The notes under the pieces: model-generated
The model's input: only the letters and a program-made list of their open reading frames with translations
Databases searched by the model: none
What the model was told of the DNA's origin: nothing
Position numbers and translations under genes: made by a program
In this document: positions 1 to 13,020 of the stretch, piece by piece
How the letters are laid out: each line of letters starts with the position of its first letter
How positions within the stretch are numbered: the first letter of the stretch is position 1
Source of the DNA: Octopus vulgaris
Taxonomy: Eukaryota
NCBI GenBank assembly: GCA_951406725.2
Contig: OX597833.1
Location: 21,638,001 to 21,702,000 of the forward strand
Direction of reading: 5' to 3'
DNA length: 64,000 bases

Positions 1-807
1 GCAAAAATATTTCTTTAAAAAATACTTTTTATGGTAACAAACCTTTTACTGGTACATTGAAGTTTAACATTTCAAAAGAACTGATATCAAAGACAGGAGG
101 GAACAACTGAGGGAGACGGGTGGGTGCAAATACCCAGAATCACTTGTTGCATAAAAAATATATTGTCAAGTTGAGGTTCATGCAGATGATATAGTGAGGT
201 AAGAAAACTTAATTAATTAAGTAATAATTAGATAAAATTTTCTTTCTCATTACAACACTTACATTAGCACTAATTATACTGTTTATGTCAAAGGTACACA
301 GAAACACTATCTTTTTTAATATATTGTCCTAAATAAGGACAATGTAATGTAAAGAACTACAAAGAAGAGAAAGAAGGGGGCTACAAATTCAAAAGATGGA
401 TGGAAAAGTCAAACGAGTGAATATCATAGAACAGGGAAAGACAAGATGATGATGGAAAGTTCTAGAAAAGCAGCAGTTTGAGGAAAGAAGCTGTTAGAAT
501 AAAAAGGACAGAATAAAGAGAACAGTCGCACCTGGCAGAGAAGTGGACAGCTTCTTTAAAGATCTTTACGGAGGGTACTGGACAAGAAAGTTCATTGGAA
601 CAATGACCATGGAAATATAGAAAGGACCGGAATGAAGATAAATTTTGATGATGTGTTAAAGACTCCAGCCTAGTTGAAGGAGCAGGACTCACCATATTAA
701 CAACTTGATTGGGAATTTGATCACTATTAAGGTAAGAACTAATTCCTCAGATTGGCACATGGCAAAAAAATACATGTGAGATGATCATGGTGATACTGTT
801 ATGTATG

Positions 808-1041
808 GAAGGTGGCGAGCTGGCAGAAACGTTAGCACGCCGGGCGAAATGCGTAGCTGTATTTCGTTCGCCGCTACGTTCTTAGTGTAAATTCCGCCGA
901 GGTCGACTTTGCCTTTCATCCTTTTGGGGTTGATAAATTAAGTACCAGTTATGCACTGGGTTCAATGTAATCGACTTAATCCGTTTGTATGTCCTTGTTT
1001 GTCCTCTCTGTGTTTAGCCCCTTGTGGGTAATAAAGAAACA
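808..1041 (+). mobile_element. tRNA-derived SINE, family A (Nin/Deu-domain-like core GCCTTTCATCCTTTCGGGGTCGATAAA)
   Basis: A/B-box-like head, conserved core and a 16-bp TSD GATACTGTTATGTATG (792-807, 1042-1057). Many further copies, e.g. 1633-1850, 5985-6210, 21930-22370, 41740-42205, 43370-44060, 63700-63880. Confidence 0.85.
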
Positions 1042-2394
1042 GATACTGTTATGTATGTGTGAGGGAGTGTATGGTGGTGGGTTGGTGGATGACACCTGGT
1101 GTCTGGGGACATTTTCAGTTGTAAATCAGAGATTGCACATCGATTGCCAACCTGGTTTTCCTACTGATTTTGTGTTTTTCATTTTAGTCTGATGGCAGAA
1201 GCTGTACCCTGGACATATACAGAACCTCTGACACAAGTGAAACCTTTATGGTTGATGCCCTTCTTTTGGAATAATGGTAAAAAGGGGATTACAGGGAGTA
1301 CATGTGGGTAGGGAGGAAATTTCAGAGTGATAACGCCAACATGGCTGTGTGGTTAAGAAGTCTGCTTTCCAGACAATAGTTTTAGGTTCAGTCCCACTGT
1401 GTAGAACTTTTGGCAAATGTCTTCTACAATAACTCTACCAGTTTCTATTCAGTTCCTGTCTACCAATTTCTACTAACATAATGTGTTAAGAAAATGCCTC
1501 TATAGCTCTGAGAAGACACATTTCACAAGGCACCATGCAGTTTGAATGAACTTAGAATTATATAGTTTCAAAGTGATCTGTTTCTGTTAATGTTGTTGGG
1601 GGTATTAATTATGTTAATATTTGTGGTGATGAAGGTGGTGAGCTGGCAGAATTGTTAGCATGCTGGACAAAATGGTTTGTGGTATTTTGTTCATCCTTAT
1701 ATTCAGAGTTCAAATTCCGCTGCGGATGACCTTGCTTTTTCATGCTTTTGAAACTGATAAAACAAGTAACATTCAAGTGCTGGGGGGTCAATGTAATTGA
1801 CTAGCCCCTCCCCTCAAAATTTCAATCTTTGTACTTATAGTAAAAACGATATATGTAGTGGTGTTCATGGCGATGTTAGTGATGTTTAACCACAGGTCAA
1901 TACTGACCTAAGAGATCCATGATTAAATACGTCCCTATCTTTTTGGTTTTATGGAGTGTTTTTTTTTTATCTATATGTAGAGAACGTAGAACCATGCCAA
2001 CATTGGTTGTCAAGCAGATGCAGGGTACAAACACATCATAAACACTAAGACACACTCACAAACACACACACATGCACACACACGCATACATACTCACACA
2101 TAGAGATAGAAGGATCTGATTTGAGGGGGATTTAGCTATTATTTCTTCCAGCTTGAGTAACCACCAGATTTATAATAATCTTTGGTATAAAGGTATTTAG
2201 AGTGTAAGCTAAATGACATAGCTATTAACTGGAATCAAAGAAAATCTGAGACACAGATTCGCCCTTGCCAGGAATTTAACCAGAATTTGCCGACATTAAA
2301 TAGAAGCAAAGTAAGTTACATCAAAAGGGAATGTCACGATTTATCTAAAGTGTTGATGTCCTTAAAAAGATTACATGAATGGCAGTATGTTAAC

Positions 2395-2614
2395 TATTTA
2401 GCATTCAGATTACTCTGTCAAATGTAAAACATATTTACTCGCATTGCTTTGAATTAATCTTGCATTTATCTTGTAGTTTTAGTGTTTTGAAGATGTGATT
2501 GTTAATGTTTTAGAATGGCATTGTAGGGTAGGTGTGAAAGGCCAGATCTTGCTGGTTTGAACACAAAACAGGTTGAATATTTGGGCTGGTTATGATCAGT
2601 TTAAATGCTAAAGG
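2395..2614. mobile_element. TTAA-type MITE, degenerate
   Basis: TTAA|CTATTTAGCATT ... AATGCTAAAGGG terminal inverted repeats. Confidence 0.55.
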
Positions 2615-2830
2615 GTACAATGTTAAAGTGCAGGCATGGCTGTGTGGTTAAGAAGCTCACTTTGCAACCAAGAGGTTTCGCGTTCAGTCCTACTGCATGG
2701 CACTTTGGTCAAGTGTCTTCTTCTATAGCCTCAAGTTGACCAATACCTTATGAGTGAATTAGGAAGAAGGAAGCTGTGAGGATGCTTGTGTGTGTGTGTG
2801 TGTCTATGCTCTGTGTGTGTGTGTGTGTGT

Positions 2831-2876
<46 letters not shown>

Positions 2877-5815
2877 GTGTGTTTATGCTGTGTTTGTACC
2901 CTACTACTTAACTATTTGACAACAGGTGTTGGTTCGTTTACATCCTTCTAACTTAACAGTTTCAGAAAAAGAGACTGATAGAATAAGTCCCAGACTTCAT
3001 AATTGACAATAAGCAGCAGGGTCACTGCAATAGCTGGGAAGTTAACCTTGTGATGGACCAGCATTCTGTTCAGGGGTAAGTGTTATAATCTCAGTCACTT
3101 ATAAGCCATGAAAACTAGGTTAAACTTTCACCTTGAGTCTTAGGGCTCATGAGAAATCTGAGCTAAGCTACAATACTATAATTATGGATTTATTATTAAT
3201 AGATTACTTCCCTCTATGGTACTCTCTTGGTTTGAAGGTAACTAACTCTTATGGGCTTTTTTTTTTTTTGTCTTTCACTGGTTTCAGTCATCGGATAGCT
3301 GCCATCTTGAGGAAGTGGGGTGTGCCACCTTCACAAGGTAAAAGTGGTGCTCCAGCATGGCCACTGTCAAATGTACTTTAGAGCTTATCTTACCGAAACT
3401 AAAGTTGGATCAAAGGAAAGTCATCCTGTTATAAAGGGAGGCAACTAAAGAAATCACAGTACCACAAGGTTCTTTTGTTTGAGGCCCTGATTTTGCTGTC
3501 CCATGCCAATACACACACATACACACACAAAGAAATACACACATAACACACACACACACACACACACATACACACACACACACACACACACAGAAATACA
3601 CACATGCACAGATGTTATATTAAAATTAATCAGACCAATGAAATAAAATGTATTTCATTGAACATTTTGTTTTTAATAAAACATTAACACTCAAAGCAAG
3701 TGCACTTGCATTTGTAATTCTACATGGCCTGACTCATCTATAAGCATCTCCATAAATCTTTCTATCAAGCTATGTCGGCTCATAAGAGCTGATCTCCAGG
3801 TTTCCATGGTGTATAAATACCCCACCTGGATGAGACACCAGTCCATCGCAGGGTTACTCATTTTTGCTGGCTGAGTGGACTGGAGCAATGTGAAATGAAG
3901 TGTTTTGCTCAAGAACACAATGCATCACCCAGTCCAGAAATTGAAACCACAATCATGCAATCATGAATCCAACACCCTAACCACTAAGCTATGTGCCTCC
4001 ATGTTAATCATAGTTTCCGCACTCCAGTGATTATACAGGCACAGTGTACCTTCCTGTTGGTACCTGTATACAGCTAAGTAGACTGGGTCATAGTGAGTTG
4101 AGTGTCTTCACTTGTGATAAGAAACAATACACTGACCATTTCCCTGTTAACTAACTTTACTACCTTGACCAGAGAAACACCTGTGACCATGCAAATTGAT
4201 GACTTTTTGACCTGTAAGTCAATACCTTACTGCCCTGGCCAGTGACAAAATGCATATATTTGACCTTTTGGCTGATAAATCAATATCCTACAGTCTTCAG
4301 AGTAAGCTAGAAGAATCATTAGAACTTTGGACGAAATGCTTAACAGCACTTTACATTCAAAGTTCAAATGGTTTATGTTCCCTGTCAAGAATATGTCTTG
4401 TAGCTCTACACTTTCAAAGATATGTAGCTACAAACTCGTACACACACACAGACATATATACAACAGGCTTCCATACAGTTTCCATCTACCAATTTCACTC
4501 ACAGGGCATTTGTCAGTCCATGGCTATAGTCGAACACACTTACACAAGGTTCCATGCAATGATACTGAACTCGAAACCATATGATTGTAAAGCAACCTTC
4601 TCACTCACATAGCATTAGGAAGGGCATCCAGCCATAGAAACCATGCCAAATCAGACTGCAGTCTGTAGCAGCTTCCTTGTTTGCCAGCTCTGGTCAAACT
4701 GTCCAACCCATGCCAGCATGGATAACGGACGTTAAAGGATGAAGATGATGATGAATAGTCATGTCTGCAACTATATGCGAAAGTAAACTAATGATTTCTA
4801 ACATAGTCACAAGATTACAAATATTGTAGGAGACGTTTGCCTCACAGAAACAGCCAGTTCTATCTCTGCAAATGTAGGGCATTTGATATAATCCAAGCCT
4901 GGACAGTATGATACAGATGACAGGTTGTTGCCCATAAGGTATATTACCCCCGTCTCCATGTCACTGATGGATTCAAAGAAACAGCCAAGCCATTACAAGT
5001 TGGTACCAGCGTTGTTGCAGGAATTACCAGAATGAGGTTGTAAACAATGTCAAACTGCCTCAGGAACTCTGACTTCTGATTTTTCCTTGAGGTTTATTCC
5101 TGAAACCTTTCCCATGACTGGGTATGGCTGCAAGACAGTGGAAGTTCAGGATTTTCCTTCCCCTAGTGGTTTTCCCCCACCCTCAGGCTAATGACCTTCA
5201 TCTACCCAACTGACTCGCTAATTATCCAATTGGTTTGATTCTGACAGGTGCTATTGTTCCAGGTGAGCGTAGAGCTGGGAACAACAGTGGCTAAGAGGTG
5301 ATTCCACGCTCCTCAAAATCCTGGAACTCCTGAACCAAGTTCCTACAAATGGATGCAGCTTAAAGTCATACCAAATCCCAGTTTTTGATTTTAACTTTTA
5401 TTGATCAGGGAAAGCATAAAAGATAAAGTTGACTCTACCCAAATTTGAACTCAGAATTTAAATGGATGTTGCTAAAAACTGCAGCACTGAGTTAGTGATT
5501 CTAGTATTCACCACCCTTATGTGAAACGATAACAGGAAATTATTAAATAGGAAGAAATCTTAAGGGATGATGTAGTTAATTAAATTAAGACCATACTTGG
5601 TACTAATTTTATTGATCCTGGAAGAATAAAAAAAGTTTACTATTGAAAGATCTGAACTCATATCATAAAAAGATGTCAGTATATAACACAGGGCATTTAA
5701 TCCAATACTCACTGATTTTGTTACTCTACTTCTATTCATTTACGGGTTTCCTTCATTGGACTGTGACTGTGATTAAGCACTGCTTTCAAGGGACTTAATC
5801 AGTCATATCAAGCCA

Positions 5816-5908
5816 GTGCGGAGAAATGGGATGACATGGCTGGGTCATGTGCTAAGAAAGGATGAAAGTATCTGGGTGAGAGGAGTGATGGAAATAAATG
5901 TAGAAGGA
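5816..5908 (+). mobile_element. RTE-like LINE C-terminal fragment
   Basis: WLGHVLRKDE...VEG resembles the RTE C-terminal W.GHV.R motif. Confidence 0.45.
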
Positions 5909-5922
5909 ACTATCTATCTATC

Positions 5923-5967
<45 letters not shown>

Positions 5968-7195
5968 GTCTGTCTATCTATCTATCTTATTTCTTTACTG
6001 CCCACAAGGGGCTAAACATAGAGGGGACAAACAAGGACAGACAAAGGGATTAAGTTGATTAGATCGACCCCAGTACGTAACTGGTACTTAATTTATTGAC
6101 CCTGAAAGGATGAAAGGCAAAGTCAACCTTGGCAGAATTTGAACTCAGAACGTAATGGCAGACAAAATACCGCTAAGCATTTCACCCAGCGTGCTAACGT
6201 TTCTGCCATCTCGCATCTATTTATCTATCTATGTCTATCCATCCATCCATCCATCCACCTATCTAGGACATTTTTTTCTATATCCTGTGTATCCTTCCTT
6301 ATTAATATGAAGGATCTGGAAAACAAAGAATATGGAAAAATATGGAGAAAACTACCAATAAGGCTAACACCTGCTTTAACAAAGAAAATGACCTTGAAAT
6401 ACTTGTTGTTGCTGCATTTATTGGAATTTTGGGGTCATCTTTTAACATAAAGGAGCTCTGCCGAATACACCTTTTTACACCATTGTACACAGACAGAATT
6501 GCACTTATGACAGCTTTCATACAGTTTCTGTGTCCCAAATCTCACTCACAAGGGGTTAAGTAGTAGACAATTGTAGAAAGTGCCCTGCATTGGGGACAAT
6601 TACAGAACCTTCTGCTTATGAACCAATCAATTCAACTAAAAGCTATGCCAACACTGATATGTAGAGGAGTCTTTTACATGGTGTCTGGCCAAATAAATAG
6701 CAGCCAATTCTCCCTCAAATCACGTCCTGCTGTCTTTAAAAAAGGGACCCATTAGATAATGTCCTGGAAAAAGATAGGATGGTCTTATAGAAAAAGACAA
6801 GATGGTCATGGCTAGAATACCCTTGATTATAGATCTGTTCTATCAGCTTAACCTAGGGTTAAACAATAAGAACTAAAATAATGAAATAACGCATGAGGTG
6901 TGGTTAACTTAACATCTATTATTTCGTTATCTAAAACCTCACCTGACATAACTGTTCACAATCTTTTGATTACAGATAGAAAAAAAAAAGGCTTGGTTTT
7001 TTTTTTATTGTTTTTTATTATAAGAGGTTTTATTAACCCCAATGACTTTTAAACTGCAAAATGTTTGAAGTGGAACTAATTAAGTGAGGTACAACTGAAC
7101 TTGTCATCTCAACTACTCTGAAGTGGGTTGAGGGTATCTGAGGGTGGATATTAACTTCCAAAACTGTGCCACTGACTTCAATCAAATAGATATAT

Positions 7196-7242
<47 letters not shown>

Positions 7243-7584
7243 CAGATGTATATATAAAATATACGAAATTAGCATGCTAATTTAACACATCTTACTCAGA
7301 GTGGGGAGGGTTTTCTCCCCTGTCAATACAAAGAGTCCATGTGCTTTTGTGACTAATGAGTCTACGACTCCTATTTCAAGCAATACTGGTGTTCACTGCA
7401 CCTTTGTCACTCTTAGTGATGGTGAATTATTTCCTTATTGGTTTTAAATTGCTGCCAACCACCTTGATTATAATACACACACACACACACATACACACAC
7501 ACACACATATATATATTTAATTTTAAGTTTTTAACTTTACAACTTATGTCTCTTTACAATTTAACATTTTTTAATTACAGATTC

Positions 7585-9512
7585 CTCAACAATGTCCCTT
7601 GGGTGGTGACCACCGCAGACTGCTGGTTGGCCCACAACAGGTCCTACATAGGAATGATGGCACACTGACTTGATCACAAGACTCACACAAGACAATATGA
7701 CATCCTGGCTTGCTCATGGCTCAGAGGACATCACACCTTTGATGTTTTTGCCCAGACCATGGTGGACATCCATTACAAGTTCCGTCTGCAAGACAAGGTG
7801 ACCAGGATGACAGCGGATAACAGCAAAAACTTTGTTATGGCATTTATGCAGTTTGGTACAGAAGTTGAACTCTTGCCAGACATTCCTGAGGCTGCTGCCG
7901 ATCCAAACATGGAGAGCATTGAGGATGTGGACCTGGACATGGATTTCGAGGCTGGAGATGTGGACAAAGTTGAGTACATTGTTGAGTCTATTGATGCTAT
8001 CCTTGATGAGCCCAGTGGCCTATGCCTAAACCTGCCAGTGCACATAAAGTGCACAGCCCATACCTTCAACTTGGAAGCCAGCATGGATGCCGACAAAGCT
8101 CTTGACAGTGCTTTGTTCAAATCAGTCGACAGGAAGGCCATGTTCAAAGCACAGTGCCTGTAGAATCAGCAGAGCTGCAGCACGGTGGCAGCAGACAGTA
8201 TTCTGGATGTATTGAAGAAGAGGCTGGCAGTACCCAACACTACCAGATGGAACTCTGTCTATGACTCTGCTGTTGACCTCAACAACCTACTGATGAAGAA
8301 TAGGGGAGCTGTCTACAAGGTGATGACGCAGCTGAAGCTATAGGCCTTCACTGATTCTGAAATCGGCTTCCTGACAGAGTATGCCCGGGTGATATCTAAT
8401 GTTGCCAAGGCCTTTGATAAAGTCCAGCGGGTGGACCACTATAGTTGGCTGAAGGCTACCAAGATTGGGAGCCTTCTGCCAACTGTAGTGGTTACTGTCA
8501 TAAAGTTGAAGGAGGCCAAGTTCAAACATTTCCTGTACTGCAGTCCTCTGGTAGACATGACACTGGCAGACCACGAAAAGGTTTGGGATCCTCCTAGAAG
8601 ACCTGAAGTGCCAGCTAGCTGCTGCCTTCTACCGCAAGTTTCACCTGTTCTGGCTGGAGCAGTATAATAACAGCCAGGTTAGCAGAGTAATGAACGCCAC
8701 AGAGACCATCGTAGAGATAGTCCTAATAGAGACCAATGAGGAGGGTAGCAGCACTTCCAGCAATGAAAATGAGGAAGATGAGTTCTTCAGCAACATCATT
8801 TGGTTCTGGGAGAGCAGGAGCCACAGGTCACTGAAGTCCAAGGCGCAGAACCTGGTGAAGATCTGACTGGAGGCTGTCTCGAAGGAGGTCTTGAGTGAAG
8901 TTGTCTTGTTGAGTGAGAGGTCTTGATTAACCTGTTCACCAAGTATAACACCACAATCCCATCCAGTGTTGCAGTTGAGCACCTATTCTCTATAGGTAAA
9001 GATATTTTGAGAGCCAAGAGAGTCACCTTGTCAGGTGGAAACTTTGAGAGGCTGATGTTTATAAAGGGCAACCAGCATTATATCAGGGCAATGGAGAAGG
9101 CCCAGCCAGAGTAGTACACCTTGATCATCATCTGATCTTGGTATGATACCTATACTATACTATACCTTTTTTGATTCATTTAAGACTTTTTCTACAGTAA
9201 AACAAGTGTATGTTGACAGAAAAACTGATGTTTAATTTCACTTATTCATTTAATTATTTGCATACTGCTTTTTGGAAAGATCTGACTAAACTACATGAAA
9301 ATTTCAGCTATCTAGGTCTGTTTTTAGGGTTTTTAGAGCCAAAAACCAAACCAAAACTACATTCATATGATAAAAGTAAATGGCTATCATTTAGCATTAG
9401 CTTCCACTAAATTTTTTTACCTGTTTAGCAGTTTAGCATTTGTGATGCTAATCTTTTTAGTTAGCTGTTTAACAGTTAGTGAAGCTAACTTTTTGGTTAG
9501 CTGTACCCACTA

Positions 9513-9515
<3 letters not shown>
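7585..9515 (+). mobile_element. hAT DNA transposon remnant (transposase pseudogene plus right end)
   Basis: Translated motifs TADCW..HNRSY, TADNSKNF, CTAHTFNL (CxxH), TRWNS and SSVAVEHLFS (hAT dimerisation S..ER.FS). In-frame stops (e.g. 8161, 8341) and a frameshift near 8575. TTAGC subterminal repeats and a terminus ...GTACCCACTACTG at 9515. No left end seen. Confidence 0.85.
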
Positions 9516-9549
<34 letters not shown>

Positions 9550-9717
9550 AATAGCTTTATCTATATATATCATCATCATCATCATCATTTAACACACCCG
9601 CTTTCCATGCTGGCATGGGTTGGAAGGTTGGATGGGACCCAGCCAGGTAGAAGACTGCTCCAAGCTACTGTGTTTGTTTATGTATATGTTTATATATAAA
9701 ATATTTACCCTATATAT

Positions 9718-9776
<59 letters not shown>

Positions 9777-9940
9777 CAAATATATAGCAATACCACCCTG
9801 ACTGCCGGTAGCTATCTTGGACTTCCTGTATTTCTTTATTTGGCAATCCAAAGTGTGAAGGAGTTGGGTTCCCATTAGGGGGCTTGTGAAACTTGAAGTA
9901 GCACAGGACTGAATCAACTACTTTCAATGACATATGTATG

Positions 9941-9985
<45 letters not shown>

Positions 9986-9991
<6 letters not shown>

Positions 9992-10190
9992 TATATAGAA
10001 GGAGCTTCTACAGGACTAGTACTGTTTCATTCAAGAGAAATCTTCAGGAAGCTGAGCTTCCTGAAGATTTCTCTTGAATGAAACAGTACTAGTCCTGTAG
10101 AAGCTCCTTCTATATAATAAATTAATTTTACTCTGCTATGTATTGAGTACCTTACTTACTGTGGTTAACCCCGAATCAACCCGGGACCTA
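9986..10190 (+). mobile_element. Fold-back element with hammerhead-like core (Penelope-like terminus) in (TA)n
   Basis: Perfect 137-bp palindrome 9986-10122 (1-nt loop). CTGAAGA(10061)...GAAA(10080)...GTC, then AATAAA and a ~70-bp unique tail. Confidence 0.7.
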
Positions 10191-10323
10191 CATATATATA
10201 TATATATATCATCATCATCATCATCATTGTTTAACTTCCACTTTCCATGCTAGTGACCGCGTGTGTACCGTTGGCGATTTTTTTTCCTCTGTCTTCCCTT
10301 CTCTAGATCTTTCCTTCTCCTAT

Positions 10324-10358
10324 GTTTCCGACGAAGAGCTCCGCTCGAAATGTTAAAC
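10324..10358 (+). ncRNA. Minimal type-I hammerhead ribozyme motif (variant core)
   Basis: gttt-CCGACGA-a-gagc tcc gctc-GAAA-tg-TT-aaac, within a ~200-bp element ending in (TA)n. Confidence 0.6.
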
Positions 10359-10453
10359 CCTCCTTCCTTCCTCCTTTCCTGAGCGTCCAATAATACTATA
10401 TTTGTTCCACATCCTCGCGTTGTTGTGTTTTTTTTGTGCTTTCTTGTTTGGAT

Positions 10454-10500
<47 letters not shown>

Positions 10501-10712
10501 GTCTTTGTATATATGTACGAGGGGACAGCCATCATATGTATGTATATATATATATATATATATATATAGATGCATATATACATACATACATACATTACAT
10601 ACATACATATACACACACTACACACACATACATATATGCATGCACACACACACATCAGAATGGATAGAAAATAGATGTACGTCTGTGTGTGTGTGTGTGT
10701 GTGTGTGAGTGT

Positions 10713-10768
<56 letters not shown>

Positions 10769-12538
10769 ATAGATGATATTGTAGATCACTAAGTAGGAAA
10801 CTAATACAGATTGCTCTCTTTGTCTGACTGGAGCTTTGATCTGAAATGCTGGGCAGAGATTGGGAAACAAGATAGTGTATCATTTGATCTCATAAATATA
10901 TGAAGATGTGCGGGTTTTGTGCCCACATGCGTGCATGCGTGTGTGTGTATGTTTGTGTGTGTGAGAGTGTGTGTGTGTGTTATGCCTTAGGGTGTATTTT
11001 TCTAAGGCAGTATGCATGTGTTTGTGTGTATGCGCATATGTGCATGAGGGTGATAGAAAGCCCATAATAACATGTTTATCAGGAGACATGAAGCGAAGAA
11101 CGTACAAGAGTACATGTGTTTTTAAAACAAATGGGCCATCAGGGCCATATGGAAATACAACAAACAAACAACCATTAATCTAGCATTGATAAACTATAAT
11201 CTCTAATCTGAAAACTCTGTGTGTCAAGATGTACTGGAAATGTCTGGTTTTAAAAGAAAACCTGTTGATATTATCAGGAGTCGGGTGGGGGGGATGTCTT
11301 GTGGGGTGATTGTTATTTTTAAAATTCTTCCATTTTATCTTTGCTAACCTTAGGTCATGCGCTCATGTCATTAACATAATATCATAATCTCTGTTGCCAT
11401 TATTAGTAATGAGGTGAGGTCTGTTTTGACAAGGAACATGTAAACTCTTGGGCAATGTCAAGAACAACAGAAATCAGGAGATAGCCCACTCACCTCCACC
11501 ATGCCAACAAACACTGCCCTCCCCCCCGACCCCGCCAGGACCACTGCCACTGCTGCCACTTAGAAAAATCGGTTCATTTCAAATCGTTATTTTATCAAAA
11601 CAACAATAGCAACCAACAAACAAACAAAAAAAACTAACTCTTCTGATAACTTCATTATTTTGATAGTAAACAATTAAGCACTTGATAATCTTATTTAATA
11701 ATAGTATGTCTAATTAGCTTACATATGTATGAAGTGGAGGTGCCCTTGGTTTGTCATCATGTGATGGTTATAAACTAGTATTAATGTCATACAAGCCATG
11801 TTGTTTGTTTTTAGTCCTCCGTGATAAAACATGTCTAGCTATGGGGAAATATTACCTTGCTTGGAAGCAGGTACAAAATGACAACAGGGTGGGCATCTAG
11901 CTGTAGAAAATATACCTCAATAAATTTTACCTGAGCCATGAAAGCATTACCATTATACAAGCAATGTTGTTTATTACTAGTCTTTCACAAAAAGCATGTC
12001 TGGCTAAGGGAAAATATTACTTTACATGTAAAGCAGGTAAGTGCTTGTAACTGGAAGAGTATCTGGCTCTAGAAAATCTGCATTCATGGCAAGCATGAAA
12101 AAGTGCCATCGTCACCATCATCATCATTTAATGTTTATTTCCCATGCTGGCATGGGTTGGACAGTTTGACAGGAGCTGGCAAGCTGGGAGGTCTCATTTG
12201 GCTTGATTTCTATAGCTGGATGCCCTTCCTAATGCCAACTATACATTACAATATATGCTGGGTACATTTAACATGGCCCTGCAAGAGCGCTTTTTGCATG
12301 GCCCTGGCACACAACTCTTGCAGCGCAATCCTCCAAGGGAAGTGGCCTTAACACCTTTGCTGTCGAGGACAAGTCTTATGAGAAGTTCAGCATCCGGAGG
12401 TTGCCCTTCAGTACATCGTCCCATGTCTTCCTGCATCTCCCTCTTCTACCTGTCCCATCCCAGTCAAAACTAATTCTATAAAATATCTATATATCCCAAC
12501 AGGAGAAAAATATTTGTATTTCTTGAAAGAAATTGTCC

Positions 12539-12586
<48 letters not shown>

Positions 12587-12589
<3 letters not shown>

Positions 12590-12882
12590 TATATTAGAAG
12601 TATTGGGGGTTATGTACAGATTTAATACATATGAAAGAAAAAGGTGTTCAGAATGCTGGATGGTTGTATATAAAAAAAAAAATTTATTTACATATCACAT
12701 ATTATTTCTTCAAATCACATATTTAATTACAATTTTAAGCACTTTCAACCACTACTGTAGTTTCAAAAGTGCTTAAGTATGTAATTAAATATGTGATTTG
12801 AAGAAATAATATGTGATATGTAAATAAATATATATTTTTTTTATATACAACCATCCAGCATTCTGAACGCTTTTTTCTTTCA
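12587..12882 (-). mobile_element. Fold-back element with half hammerhead in (TA)n
   Basis: ~250-bp imperfect palindrome 12632-12882, unique tail 12587-12631, GAAAgtgcTT near the axis, (TA)n on both sides. Confidence 0.6.
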
Positions 12883-12937
12883 CATATATATATATATAAT
12901 ATATATATATATATATGTATGTATGTATGTATGTATA

Positions 12938-13020
<83 letters not shown>

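Noticed and set aside
7345-7380. CTAATGAGTC-TAC-GAC hammerhead-like half (and a similar weak case at ~16420-16452)
   Set aside because: The second half of the core is missing or too degenerate to support, although the microsatellite context is similar.
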